Positions 19,494-28,445 of a stretch of 64,000 nt of DNA are shown here, piece by piece; position 1 is the stretch's first letter, and every line of letters starts with the position of its first letter. The notes beneath the pieces were generated by a model. That model saw only the letters and a list, made by a program, of their open reading frames with translations, did no database searches and was not told the DNA's origin. Position numbers and translations under genes: made by a program. Source of the stretch: Abditibacteriaceae bacterium (lineage in GTDB: Bacteria > Armatimonadota > Abditibacteriia > Abditibacteriales > Abditibacteriaceae). The DNA is taken from assembly GCA_965277285.1 (NCBI GenBank), contig OZ255721.1, forward strand, positions 2,528,001-2,592,000, given 5' to 3'.

Positions 19494-21011
19494 TTAGCCG
19501 ACGAAAGTGTCTTCGCCTGAATCTTCGAGAAGAAACTGCGAGTGAACTTCGCGCACGCCTTTGACAGCGCGAACGATAGTTCCGATTTGCGTTTTCAAGG
19601 CTTCGTCCATCATCGGGCCGCGCAACGTGACGACGCCGTCCACGCAATCGACGTTGATGCGCTCCAGGTTGCGCGTCGCTTCGGCTTCGCCCAGAGCGGT
19701 GCGCACGCGGTCGGCGATTGTCACGTCGTCCGCGAAGTCTTCGGCTTTGGCGTTTTGCGCTTCGTGCAGTTTGCCTTCGGCGCGGTTGCGTAGATCGGCG
19801 GCTTTGCGCGTGGCTTCCTCGCGCAGTTTGGCGGCGCTGCCACCGGCTTGACGCAGTTTGTCTTTGGCCAGTGCGCGCGAACGTCGTCCTTCGTTGGGCG
19901 CCAAGAACAGCATCAAAGCGGCGCCAATTAGCGCGCCAACCGCAATCCACAACCATTTGGAAGTTTCGTCTTCGACGTGAATTTGTGGCGCGTGACGAAC
20001 CGCCTCTTTCCCGGAATCCACGATTTCTTCGCTACGTTTGTCCAGATCGCGGCGCTTGCTGTCGGCTTGCTTGCGACCTTTCTTCCCGTGTTTTTGCGCT
20101 TGTTCACTCGCCTCGCGCGCTGTTTTTCGTGCTTTACCGACGGAATCTTGCGCCGTCTTCGTGGCATCTACGGTAGCGCCTTGCGCTTGCTCGCCTTTGT
20201 CTGTGAAATAACCCGTCAGCGAATCGCGCCACGATTGGGCGGCTTCATTTCCAGTACTCGAAAGTTCGGCGATTTTGCGCTGTGCCGTCTCAGACGTTTG
20301 CCTGGCTTGTTCGCGCGCGATTTGTGCGGCGTTGGCGGCGGCTTCCTGCGCGTCGTGTGCTGCGCGTTCGGCGTGTTTGCGCGCTTTTTTCGTCGCGTAT
20401 TCTTTCCATTCCGCGAGAGCAGCGGCGGCGAGAGCGGCGAGTTCCGTTGCTTGGTCGCGCGCGGCCTGCAACTTTTCGTTGGCCGCTTGCGCCGATTGAG
20501 CGGCAACATCTGGCGCGGCGTTCCACTGCGACTGAGCTTGGCGGCGCGCGGCTTTGGCGCTTTTGCCTGCTTTGGCAGCTAAATCAGCAGCATGTTCCTG
20601 AGCGTTTTTCGCTGCACTGTGGGCGAATTCTCCAGCGCTTTGAGCTGCCGATTGCGCTGTGCTTTGCGCGGCGTCTTGCAAGGTGGGCGCTTTGTCGTGC
20701 CAGACATCTTTGGCCGCTGCGAGTTTGGCCGCCGCGATTCCCACGGCGCCAGTTGCCACGCCAGATGCCAAATCTTTGGCCTGCGAAGCAGTCGCGGAAA
20801 GTGTTGAAGCTGCACCGGACGAAGCGTGGCTCAAGGTTTCCACAGCGTTTTTGCGTGTATGTTTCAAGCTGTCTGCCACTTGATCAACGGGCAACGCGGC
20901 GAATTTGCCTTGCGCGCCCGCGACAGCACCGGAAAACAAATCGGCGACGGTGTCCTGCAAGACTTCGAGTTTGGTTTTACGTTTGCGAAACGGCCAGATT
21001 GGAAAAGCCAT
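19494..21011 (-). CDS. Ala/Lys/Gln-rich (LEA/apolipoprotein-like) protein with a YtxH-like TM segment and C-terminal BON domain
   Basis: GALIGAALMLFLAPNEGRRSR; DVTIADRVRTAL...INVDCVDGVVTLRG; start ATG 21011 with SD AAGGAG. Confidence 0.8.
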   Translation of the reverse strand: MAFPIWPFRKRKTKLEVLQDTVADLFSGAVAGAQGKFAALPVDQVADSLKHTRKNAVETLSHASSGAASTLSATASQAKDLASGVATGAVGIAAAKLAAAKDVWHDKAPTLQDAAQSTAQSAAQSAGEFAHSAAKNAQEHAADLAAKAGKSAKAARRQAQSQWNAAPDVAAQSAQAANEKLQAARDQATELAALAAAALAEWKEYATKKARKHAERAAHDAQEAAANAAQIAREQARQTSETAQRKIAELSSTGNEAAQSWRDSLTGYFTDKGEQAQGATVDATKTAQDSVGKARKTAREASEQAQKHGKKGRKQADSKRRDLDKRSEEIVDSGKEAVRHAPQIHVEDETSKWLWIAVGALIGAALMLFLAPNEGRRSRALAKDKLRQAGGSAAKLREEATRKAADLRNRAEGKLHEAQNAKAEDFADDVTIADRVRTALGEAEATRNLERINVDCVDGVVTLRGPMMDEALKTQIGTIVRAVKGVREVHSQFLLEDSGEDTFVG

Positions 21012-21188
21012 ACAAAGCTCCTTGTGCGGCTGAATTTGTGAAGCTGAATGAGAAAACGATGATCGACAGCACGTTAAGCGGCAACAGCGGGCGTCTCCAT
21101 GATGCAAGTCGCGCGCCGCCCTGCTATCCTTTGATGCATCCAAAACTGCGAATCGAGTACTCGATTCCCCCAACTGAAGGAGAAGTTT

Positions 21189-21776
21189 GTGGCACTTTCA
21201 ACATCCGATTTCAAGACCGGCCTGACCATTGAATACGAAGGAAACGTTTATCAAATCGTCGATTTTCAGCACGTCAAACCTGGCAAGGGTGGCGCTTTTG
21301 TGCGCTCGCACATCCGCAACCTGAAGACTGGCAACACGGTCGAAAAAACCTGGCGCGCCGGTGACAAAATGGATCAGGCGATTGTCGAGCGCCGCAACGT
21401 CGAATACTTGTACCGCGACGGCGATGACCTGGTTTTTATGGACATGAGCGACTTTGAAAACCTGACGCTTCCGGCCAAACAAGCGGGCGCCGCCGTCAAT
21501 TTCCTGAAAGACAACACCACAGTTCAACTGGTGCAGTGGAAAGAGCAACTCCTCAACATCGAGCTGCCGACGACGATGGAGTTCCTCATCACTCAGGCTG
21601 ATCCGGGCGAGCGCGGCAACACGGCGCAGGGCGGCTCGAAAAGCGCAACGCTCGAAACTGGCGCCGTCGTGTCGGTGCCGATGTTCGTCAACGAAGGCGA
21701 AACTATTCGCGTCCGCATTTCCCAGGACACGCAAACCGGACAGTATACCGGACAATATAGCGAACGCGTCAAGTAA
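21189..21776 (+). CDS. efp: Elongation factor P
   Basis: QHVKPGKGGAFVR, RGNTAQGGSKSATLETG, Y.ER; SD AAGGAG, GTG start. Confidence 0.97.
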   Translation: MALSTSDFKTGLTIEYEGNVYQIVDFQHVKPGKGGAFVRSHIRNLKTGNTVEKTWRAGDKMDQAIVERRNVEYLYRDGDDLVFMDMSDFENLTLPAKQAGAAVNFLKDNTTVQLVQWKEQLLNIELPTTMEFLITQADPGERGNTAQGGSKSATLETGAVVSVPMFVNEGETIRVRISQDTQTGQYTGQYSERVK

Positions 21777-21850
21777 CCGCAGGCATGAGGTGAAAGGGCT
21801 GAGGAACGAGAGTTCTTTCAGTTCTTTCACATCACACCTTTCCCTTTCTC

Positions 21851-23083
21851 ATGGTTGAACGCAACGAACTAATTACGGTTTGTCGGCAGGTCGGCGGCAT
21901 GATGGAAGCCGGCGTCGATATTTTGCGCATCACGCGCGTCTTGCGAGCGCAAACCGAAAACCCGCGCTTGTTACAGCTTTACGACGCGCTCGACCACGAC
22001 ATGACGATGGGGCACGGTTTGGCGGACGCGATGTCGCACGCGCCGGATGTGTTTTCGCCCTTCATGGTTTTGATGGTGCAGCAGGGCGAAGCGCGCAACG
22101 ATCTCGCGGGTTCCTTTTTCAAAATCGCCGATTACATCCAGAAAGATGGCGAACTGGCGCAGGAATCTTCCAGCCGCGATGCTTCTCAAGCTTCTTCGTC
22201 GCAACCTCAAGGCGAGGCGGAAAGCGCCAGCGATTTGCTCGCCAATCGAGTACTCGATTCCCGCATGAATGCGCCGACCGCGCCGCTCACCGTCATTGCA
22301 TTGGATGGCCTGATTGATCGTTTGCAGACTTTCGCCTTGCGCGCTTTAACGGTAATTTCCGGTTTGTTGTTATCGTTGGCAGGCGTCTGGTGGAGCGTCG
22401 AAATGGGTTGGCTGGAGCGGCGCTGGTCTTATCCGACGGCGTTCAGCGTGGCCGCGATTTTTATGGGTTCATCCGGCATTTTGATTCAGCGACGCATCAA
22501 ATCTGAACGACGCCGCGAAGCGCGTTGCTCGTTTTGTGGTCGCCCGGGCACCGAAGGCGACGAATTGCAACGCGCGCCGCGTTTCGCCGGAGCCGCCATT
22601 TGCAGCCGTTGCGCCAGCATCGCCGCCAGGCAACACGGTAAACCAGAAAACAGTCAGCGCACGCAAACACCAGGTGATCAAACACCAGGTGATCAAACAC
22701 CAGGTGATCAAACACCAGGTGATCAAACGCCAAACGATGAACCTCGTCCCGAGTCGCCGAATGATGCGCCACGTTCTTCACCAAAGGCGAAAAATCATTC
22801 CGTTTCAACATCTGGTTCAACAATTGGAGCCACCAATAACGAAACAACTGCGACACAGGATTCTTTGCTCGGAGACAAGCTTAATGTTGGCAGCAAACCC
22901 GCTCGAGAAAACGAAAGTTCATTTGCGAACGTTCCGGACGGCGAATTACATAATTCGAGTACTCGAAATCAAGCGCGGCGCGAGGTTTCGTCCAACAAAA
23001 CCAATCAGAAAATAGCAGTCGAGGAAGCATCCGCAGAAGCATCCGCAGAAGCGTCCAATGAAGGCGAAGAAGACTTTGAATGA
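21851..23083 (+). CDS. Type II secretion F / PilC-like domain fused to two TMs, a ClpX-type C4 zinc finger and a disordered tail
   Basis: CRQVGGMMEAGVDIL...GHGLADAMSHAPDVFSPFMVLMVQQGEA; RCSFCGR...AICSRC. Confidence 0.7.
   Translation: MVERNELITVCRQVGGMMEAGVDILRITRVLRAQTENPRLLQLYDALDHDMTMGHGLADAMSHAPDVFSPFMVLMVQQGEARNDLAGSFFKIADYIQKDGELAQESSSRDASQASSSQPQGEAESASDLLANRVLDSRMNAPTAPLTVIALDGLIDRLQTFALRALTVISGLLLSLAGVWWSVEMGWLERRWSYPTAFSVAAIFMGSSGILIQRRIKSERRREARCSFCGRPGTEGDELQRAPRFAGAAICSRCASIAARQHGKPENSQRTQTPGDQTPGDQTPGDQTPGDQTPNDEPRPESPNDAPRSSPKAKNHSVSTSGSTIGATNNETTATQDSLLGDKLNVGSKPARENESSFANVPDGELHNSSTRNQARREVSSNKTNQKIAVEEASAEASAEASNEGEEDFE
22664..22738 (+). repeat. 15-bp coding tandem repeat (QTPGD x4 plus a degenerate fifth unit)
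   Basis: CAAACACCAGGTGAT x4. Confidence 0.95.
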
Positions 23084-23208
23084 ACGCTCGTGACTTGGTG
23101 AACTGAAGCGAGGGAAAGTTCTTCCACAATTTATTTCCCTTGCTAACGTTTCAGGTTCGCAAATCACATCATTTTGAGTCACTCTAAGTGCGAGAAAAGG
23201 AACCGACC

Positions 23209-23574
23209 ATGCGCGTTTTGATTGTCGAAGATAACACGGAACTGCGCGATTTTTTTTGTTTGAGCTTAAACGAAGTGGAGATTGACGCGGTTGGCGTCGC
23301 GGGAACCAGCGGCACAGACGAATTGGTGAAACGCGTCGAAGACGAAGATTTTGACGTCATTGTCATTGATTCCGTGCTGGGTGCGAGCGATGGCATCGCG
23401 CTCACACAACGTTTCCGCAGCGGCGGCAAAGGTCGCGCCATTCCCATCGTCTTGATGTCGGCCATTGGAACGAGCTTGGCACGCCGCATGGCTGCAAGCG
23501 CCGGTTGCAGCGAGTTTCTGGTCAAGCCTTTTTCCTTGTCGCGCCTGATCGAAGTTCTACGCAAAGTGGCGTAA
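23209..23574 (+). CDS. Single-domain response regulator receiver
   Basis: MRVLIVEDN, DVIVID, PIVLMSA, FLVKPF. Confidence 0.9.
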   Translation: MRVLIVEDNTELRDFFCLSLNEVEIDAVGVAGTSGTDELVKRVEDEDFDVIVIDSVLGASDGIALTQRFRSGGKGRAIPIVLMSAIGTSLARRMAASAGCSEFLVKPFSLSRLIEVLRKVA

Positions 23575-23591
23575 AAACTGTTTGAAACCAT

Positions 23592-23625
23592 AAAACCGCC
23601 GCTTTTGAGACGGCGGTTTTCTTTT
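23592..23625 (+). terminator. Intrinsic terminator
   Basis: AAAACCGCCG-CTTTTGAGA-CGGCGGTTTTCTTTT. Confidence 0.65.
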
Positions 23626-23641
23626 GTATGCGGGTGACAAA

Positions 23642-25408
23642 GTGCTTTTCGATTCGGTATTATTGGCCGCCGTCGCCAGCGAAATACGCGCCCTGCGCGA
23701 TGCGACTTTGCGCGACATCTGGCAAAGCGAAAACCAAAACGGCGAAGACGGGCGCGCTGTTTATCTTCAATTCCGCGAAGCAACGCTGCTAATTGATACG
23801 CACCCGCAACGCGCGCGCTTGCATTTCCTGTCGAAAGTTCCGCAATCGAGTACTCGAAGCGCGTCTTCGTCGCCCGTTGCGACTTTGCCGGTTGCGCCTT
23901 CAACGTTCACGCAAACGCTGCGTAAAGCTTTGCGCGGCGCGCGACTCGTTCAAATCGTGCAGCCCAATTTTGACCGCGTTCTGCGACTGGTTTTTCAATC
24001 GCGCAACGATGTCGGCGAAGATGTGTCGCACACACTCGTCGCCGAATTGATGGAGCGTCGCTCGAACCTGATTTTGCTCGATTCCGACGACATCATCATC
24101 GACGCCTTAAAACGATTGCCGCCGTTTCTCAACCGCGCGCGCACCATTTTGCCGCATCATAAATACGAACTTCCGCCATCAAATCAGGAAAACCCGTTGC
24201 TCGTCACCGATTGGCACAATCGAGTACTCGAAGCGTGGCAAAACGCATCTCAACAAAACGCATCTCAACAAAACGCAGATTGGGAATGGCTGCCGTGGCT
24301 GCGCACCCATTTCACTGGCGTTTCGCCGCTGGTCGCGCGCGCCCTTCAAATGCAGTTGAACGAGCAAGCACGAACTGAAGGTTTTGCGCAGGTTTTCGAG
24401 AAGTTTTGGAAACGCGCTTACGACGTGGCGCGCGGAAATTTCTCGTCAGTTCTCTGTGGCACTCAGCCGTATCCGTTCGCTTTGAACGACGCGTGCCAGG
24501 CACGTCAACAAACCTTGAGCGAGTTGATCGAAGAATTCGCGCAACGCGAAGAAGACACGCAAGACTTGACCAACGAGCGCACAAAGTTGCTGTCGCATCT
24601 GGCGAAACGCTTGAAAATCAACGCGGCGCAACGTGACGATGTCGCCAAATCGAAGCGTCATGCGCAGGACGCGGAACGTTTCAAAACGACCGGAAACTTG
24701 ATGCTGACGCACATCGCCGCAGTCGAAAACGCTTTGAATAATGGACGCAAATCGCTGGAATTGATGGACGAAGATGGCACGGTTTACATTGCCGATCTCG
24801 AACCGGATTGGAACGCTGCGGACAACGCGCAGCGTTTTTTCAATCGTTATCGCCGCGCCGTGAAACTGGAAGGCAAAGCGCCCGAACGCGAACGAACGCT
24901 CGAAATCGAGCAATCTCAACTGGAAAATTGGTGCGCGCAAGTGCAAAGTGCGACGACAACCCAAGAACTGCAAGAGATCGCGCGCGATTGTGGTTTCGAG
25001 CAGAACAACGCGACGAAAACAATTTCGCGTACCAAACAACAGGAAGAATCGGCGCGCCCCGAAAGCAAATTGCGCCAGCGTGACATCGAAGGTTGGCGCG
25101 TTTGGATGGGACGCAGCGCACTGGAAAACCAGGTTTTGCTGTCGAAAGTCGCGCGGCCTTCGGACATCTGGATGCACGTCCGCGATGCGCCGTCGGCTCA
25201 TGTTCTGATTAAGAATCAGAAAGGCAAAGAACCGCCGATTCGAGTACTCGAAGACGCCGCGCGCTGGCTGGCGAACGTGTCGCGCAAAGGCAAAAGCGAC
25301 GAGACGCTGGAGATTATCTACACGCCGGCCAAATGGGTGCGCGCCGTGAAAGGCTCGCCGGGCCGCGTCACGCTGGGACGCTTTCAAACGCTTTTGATTA
25401 CGACTTGA
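23642..25408 (+). CDS. rqcH: NFACT family ribosome quality-control factor RqcH/Rqc2 (FbpA-like)
   Basis: NFDRVL (DR motif), LVAELMERRSNLILLD, NAQRFFNRYRR, GRSALEN...DIWMHVRDAPSAHVLI. Confidence 0.85.
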   Translation: MLFDSVLLAAVASEIRALRDATLRDIWQSENQNGEDGRAVYLQFREATLLIDTHPQRARLHFLSKVPQSSTRSASSSPVATLPVAPSTFTQTLRKALRGARLVQIVQPNFDRVLRLVFQSRNDVGEDVSHTLVAELMERRSNLILLDSDDIIIDALKRLPPFLNRARTILPHHKYELPPSNQENPLLVTDWHNRVLEAWQNASQQNASQQNADWEWLPWLRTHFTGVSPLVARALQMQLNEQARTEGFAQVFEKFWKRAYDVARGNFSSVLCGTQPYPFALNDACQARQQTLSELIEEFAQREEDTQDLTNERTKLLSHLAKRLKINAAQRDDVAKSKRHAQDAERFKTTGNLMLTHIAAVENALNNGRKSLELMDEDGTVYIADLEPDWNAADNAQRFFNRYRRAVKLEGKAPERERTLEIEQSQLENWCAQVQSATTTQELQEIARDCGFEQNNATKTISRTKQQEESARPESKLRQRDIEGWRVWMGRSALENQVLLSKVARPSDIWMHVRDAPSAHVLIKNQKGKEPPIRVLEDAARWLANVSRKGKSDETLEIIYTPAKWVRAVKGSPGRVTLGRFQTLLITT

Positions 25409-25479
25409 ACTGAACAAAATGAAAATCAAAGACGTAGATTGCGTTGAGCTTATTGATTACTTGGTACCAGGAGTTACGT

Positions 25480-25716
25480 ATGGCTTACGTCAAATTTCAC
25501 AACGAAGTTTGTGAGCAGATTCCAAACGGTTGGACGCTGTGTTTTCAACGTTGTACTTACCATTTAGACGATGACACAACAGAAGAAGGTTATCGATTTA
25601 TTTGGCGCCGTCCAGGCGGCACGTTGCAAGCAGCGCGGGGACAAGCGCGCATTCCAAATGCGGCAATTATGCAACGTCTAACCAATGCAGCTAAAGATGC
25701 CGGCTGGCTTGTGTAA
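25480..25716 (+). CDS. Small hypothetical protein
   Basis: SD AGGAG; globular-looking 78 aa containing GYRFIWRRPGGTLQAARGQARIP. Confidence 0.7.
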   Translation: MAYVKFHNEVCEQIPNGWTLCFQRCTYHLDDDTTEEGYRFIWRRPGGTLQAARGQARIPNAAIMQRLTNAAKDAGWLV

Positions 25717-25766
25717 AACAGACACGCAACTTGACCATTCCGCCAACTCTTTTTTGATGCTCGCCA

Positions 25767-25795
25767 TTGACAACTTCCGCAGCGCGTTGTATATT
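25767..25795 (+). promoter_or_regulatory. sigma70 promoter of the tRNA-Asn/RNA-repair unit
   Basis: TTGACA (25767-72), 17-bp spacer, TATATT (25790-95). Confidence 0.8.
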
Positions 25796-25831
25796 GGCCA
25801 TCCTCTGCCGAACAATGCGGTAAGCCAAATC

Positions 25832-26002
25832 ATGCGACATTTTTCTTTCGACAACTTGAACCTTCAGAACGCTGCGACAATTTTCGCGGTGCGCTTTGTC
25901 GCGTCCCCGGTGTCGCTGCGAAATAACGGAACGAATCCAGGATCGAATCTCGATAATATTTTAGATGGCGTTTTTGAAAGAACGAACCTTGCGTTCAGGT
26001 GA
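25832..26002 (+). CDS. Putative Asn-rich leader peptide (56 aa, 9 Asn)
   Basis: MRHFSFDNLNLQNAATIFAVRFVASPVSLRNNGTNPGSNLDNILDGVFERTNLAFR, lying between the promoter and the terminator; SD weak. Confidence 0.65.
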   Translation: MRHFSFDNLNLQNAATIFAVRFVASPVSLRNNGTNPGSNLDNILDGVFERTNLAFR

Positions 26003-26062
26003 TTTCTCACTTTCTTTCAAGCCCGCCGTCGAGATGTTTTCGATGGCGGGCTTTTTGTTTTT
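25964..26062 (+). promoter_or_regulatory. Attenuator: alternative antiterminator and intrinsic terminator
   Basis: Terminator AAGCCCGCCGTCGA-GATGTTT-TCGATGGCGGGCTT-TTTGTTTTT (26019-26062); antiterminator 25964-25982 pairs with 26012-26030. Confidence 0.7.
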
Positions 26063-26073
26063 GCCCGACTTTT

Positions 26074-26145
26074 TGCGAGGTAGCTCAGTGGTAGAGCCGC
26101 CGCCTGTTAAGCGGAAGATCGCGGGTTCGAATCCCGCCCTCGCAG
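26074..26145 (+). tRNA. tRNA-Asn (GTT), CCA not encoded
   Basis: Acceptor TGCGAGG/CCTCGCA, D-arm GCTC/GAGC, loop CT-GTT-AA, T-arm GCGGG-TTCGAAT-CCCGC, discriminator G. Confidence 0.92.
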
Positions 26146-26155
26146 TTTCAATGTC

Positions 26156-26258
26156 GTAGGGGCGACCCGCTGGGTCGTCCTTTGTTTCACGCCGCGATTG
26201 GGGCGACTCACAATTCATTCCACGCCGCGATTTGGGCGACTCAGCGAGTCGCCCCTAC
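26156..26258. repeat. GTAG-type REP-like cluster
   Basis: GTAGGGGCGACCCGCTGGGTCGTCC ... GGGCGACTCAGCGAGTCGCCCCTAC; related hairpins at about 12502, 52674, 54415, 60213. Confidence 0.7.
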
Positions 26259-26266
26259 GGAAAATT

Positions 26267-27721
26267 ATGCTTCTCACACTTTCCAGTACTCGATTTGACG
26301 ACCGACATCCGGCGCGCGACTTTGGTTTTCTGCTGCACAAAAACCCCGAGCGTGCGCAAACCTTCGACTTGTCGTTTGGGCAGGCGCACGTTTTTTATCC
26401 GCAGGCCGATGATGAGCGTTGCACTTGCGCGATGCTGCTCGACATCGACACCGTGCGGTTGGTGCGCAAACGCGACGGTCAAACGATGGATCAATACGTC
26501 AACGACCGTCCTTATGTCGCCAGTTCGTTTCTCAGCGTCGCCATCGCGCAGGTTTTCCGTGACGCGTTAAGCGGAAAAAGCCGCGAGCGCGCTGAACTGG
26601 TAAATGAAAAATGGCCGTTTCAAATGTCGTTGCCAGTTGTTCCCTCGCGCGGTGGCGAAGAACTTTTGCGCCGTCTTTTTGAGCCTTTCGAGTACTCGAT
26701 TACAGTCAAGCAGTTGCCGTTGGACGAACGCTTTTCGCAATGGGGCGAAAGCTCGTATTTCTCGCTCGACTTGAACGGAACGGTTCGATTGCGCGATTTG
26801 CTGTCGCACCTTTACGTGCTTTTGCCGGTTTTAGACGACGACAAACATTACTGGGTCGGCGACGATGAAGTGCAAAAACTGCTGGAGCGCGGCGAAGGTT
26901 GGTTGCGCGAACATCCGGCGCGCGACCTTATTGTTGATCGTTATTTGCGCCGTCGTCGTGTTTTGACGCGCGCCGCATTTGAACAATTGACGCGCGATGA
27001 AATTGTGGAAGAAAATGAGCCAGCCGAATCAACGGACGACAACGGATCGAACGAGCAAGCAGCGACAAACGAGCAAGCAAAAGAAGCGGTCGAAAAGCCG
27101 CTGGGTTTGCATGAGCAACGTTTGCAGGCTGTGACGAACGAATTGAAAGCGTCAGGCGCACATCGCGTACTCGATCTGGGTTGCGGTGAAGGCAAATTGT
27201 TGCGCCATTTGATGAAGGAAAAGCAGTTCGCGGAAATTGTTGGCATGGACGTTTCGCATCGCGCTTTGGAAGTCACGCGCGACAAACTGCGCTTCGACCG
27301 AATGCCGCCGATGCAACAAAAGCGAATTTCTTTGATGCAAGGTTCTTTGACTTATCGTGATGCGCGTTTGGAAGGTTTCGATGCGGCAGCCGTTGTCGAA
27401 GTCGTGGAACATTTAGAGCCAAGTCGTTTGGCCGCTTTCGAGCGCGTTTTGTGGGAGTTCGCGCGCCCGCAAACTGTTGTTTTGACGACGCCCAACCGCG
27501 ATTACAATGCGCACTGGGAAACGCTTCCCAGTGGACAAATGCGCCACAAAGACCATCGTTTCGAGTGGTCGCGCGACGAGTTTCAAACTTGGGCACAAAG
27601 TGTCGCGCAACGTTTCGGCTACAGCGTGCGCTTGGAATCGATTGGTGAAGTAGACGGCAATTTGGGTTCGCCTTCGCAAATGGCGGTTTTTACACGTGAG
27701 GAAAATGATGCAATCGTTTGA
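26267..27721 (+). CDS. hen1: 3'-terminal RNA ribose 2'-O-methyltransferase Hen1
   Basis: MLLTL...DFGFLLHKNP, QYVNDRPYVASS, DDDKHYWVG, VLDLGCGEG, EVVEHL, RHKDHRFEW. Confidence 0.95.
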   Translation: MLLTLSSTRFDDRHPARDFGFLLHKNPERAQTFDLSFGQAHVFYPQADDERCTCAMLLDIDTVRLVRKRDGQTMDQYVNDRPYVASSFLSVAIAQVFRDALSGKSRERAELVNEKWPFQMSLPVVPSRGGEELLRRLFEPFEYSITVKQLPLDERFSQWGESSYFSLDLNGTVRLRDLLSHLYVLLPVLDDDKHYWVGDDEVQKLLERGEGWLREHPARDLIVDRYLRRRRVLTRAAFEQLTRDEIVEENEPAESTDDNGSNEQAATNEQAKEAVEKPLGLHEQRLQAVTNELKASGAHRVLDLGCGEGKLLRHLMKEKQFAEIVGMDVSHRALEVTRDKLRFDRMPPMQQKRISLMQGSLTYRDARLEGFDAAAVVEVVEHLEPSRLAAFERVLWEFARPQTVVLTTPNRDYNAHWETLPSGQMRHKDHRFEWSRDEFQTWAQSVAQRFGYSVRLESIGEVDGNLGSPSQMAVFTREENDAIV

Positions 27722-28445
27722 GGAAAAACAGAAGGCGCTGCAAACGGCAATTGAAAAGTTATACGATGCGTTTTCTTCGTATCCGTTGCGCGCACCTGTT
27801 GAAAGCTGCCCGTGTTGCGTGACGAGCGAAGACAAAAAACGCTTGGTTTCCAAGCCGTTGCGCCAATTGGAAGAAGACGATTTGAGGCGTTACTCAACAA
27901 AAGCCATGACGACTTGGGGCGATAAAAACGACTTCAAGCATTTTCTGCCGCGTATTTTGGACTTGTTAGCAACAGGACATCTTTTAGGATCTGGCGCTGA
28001 TTTTTTACCAAACAAGTTGAACTACGCCGAATGGCAAATGTGGCCCGAAGACGAGAAAAATGCTATTCAAGGGTTCTTGCTGGCGTTGTGGAACTTTGTT
28101 TTGGACGGCGGCAGAACGGGCGATGTCGCTGACAACTGGATTGATAGTATTTCTCAAGTTGTGAGTGATTTGGCGCCCTTTCTTCAGGCTTGGGAGCAAA
28201 ACAATTCGGCTGAAGCCTATGATCTTTTGCTGGATTTCTGCGCCGGTTATGATATGTCGCCAAGGGCGTCGCAAGTGCAAAGTTGGATGAAGAGCGACCA
28301 ACTTTTGCAACTTTTCGAGAAGCGATTTGATGAAGCCGAAAACGAAGAACAATCGGATGTCTTCGCGCAAATTGTGGATGCTCTAACGAACTTTCGCTAT
28401 ATCGCGCAAGTAAAGGAAAACCATGACGCACACCGTTCATATTGA
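27708..28445 (+). CDS. Hypothetical protein with a CPCC motif
   Basis: Overlaps the hen1 stop and the next gene's start; LYDAFSSYP...CPCC...AMTTWGD..DFKHFLPRIL. Confidence 0.75.
   Translation: MQSFEEKQKALQTAIEKLYDAFSSYPLRAPVESCPCCVTSEDKKRLVSKPLRQLEEDDLRRYSTKAMTTWGDKNDFKHFLPRILDLLATGHLLGSGADFLPNKLNYAEWQMWPEDEKNAIQGFLLALWNFVLDGGRTGDVADNWIDSISQVVSDLAPFLQAWEQNNSAEAYDLLLDFCAGYDMSPRASQVQSWMKSDQLLQLFEKRFDEAENEEQSDVFAQIVDALTNFRYIAQVKENHDAHRSY

Noticed and set aside
22664..22738. 15-bp repeats as a mini-CRISPR
   Set aside because: Head-to-tail with no spacers; in-frame coding VNTR
25685..25831. 105-aa ORF from the track
   Set aside because: Its 5' half spans the TTGACA/TATATT promoter; only the part from ATG 25832 is plausible
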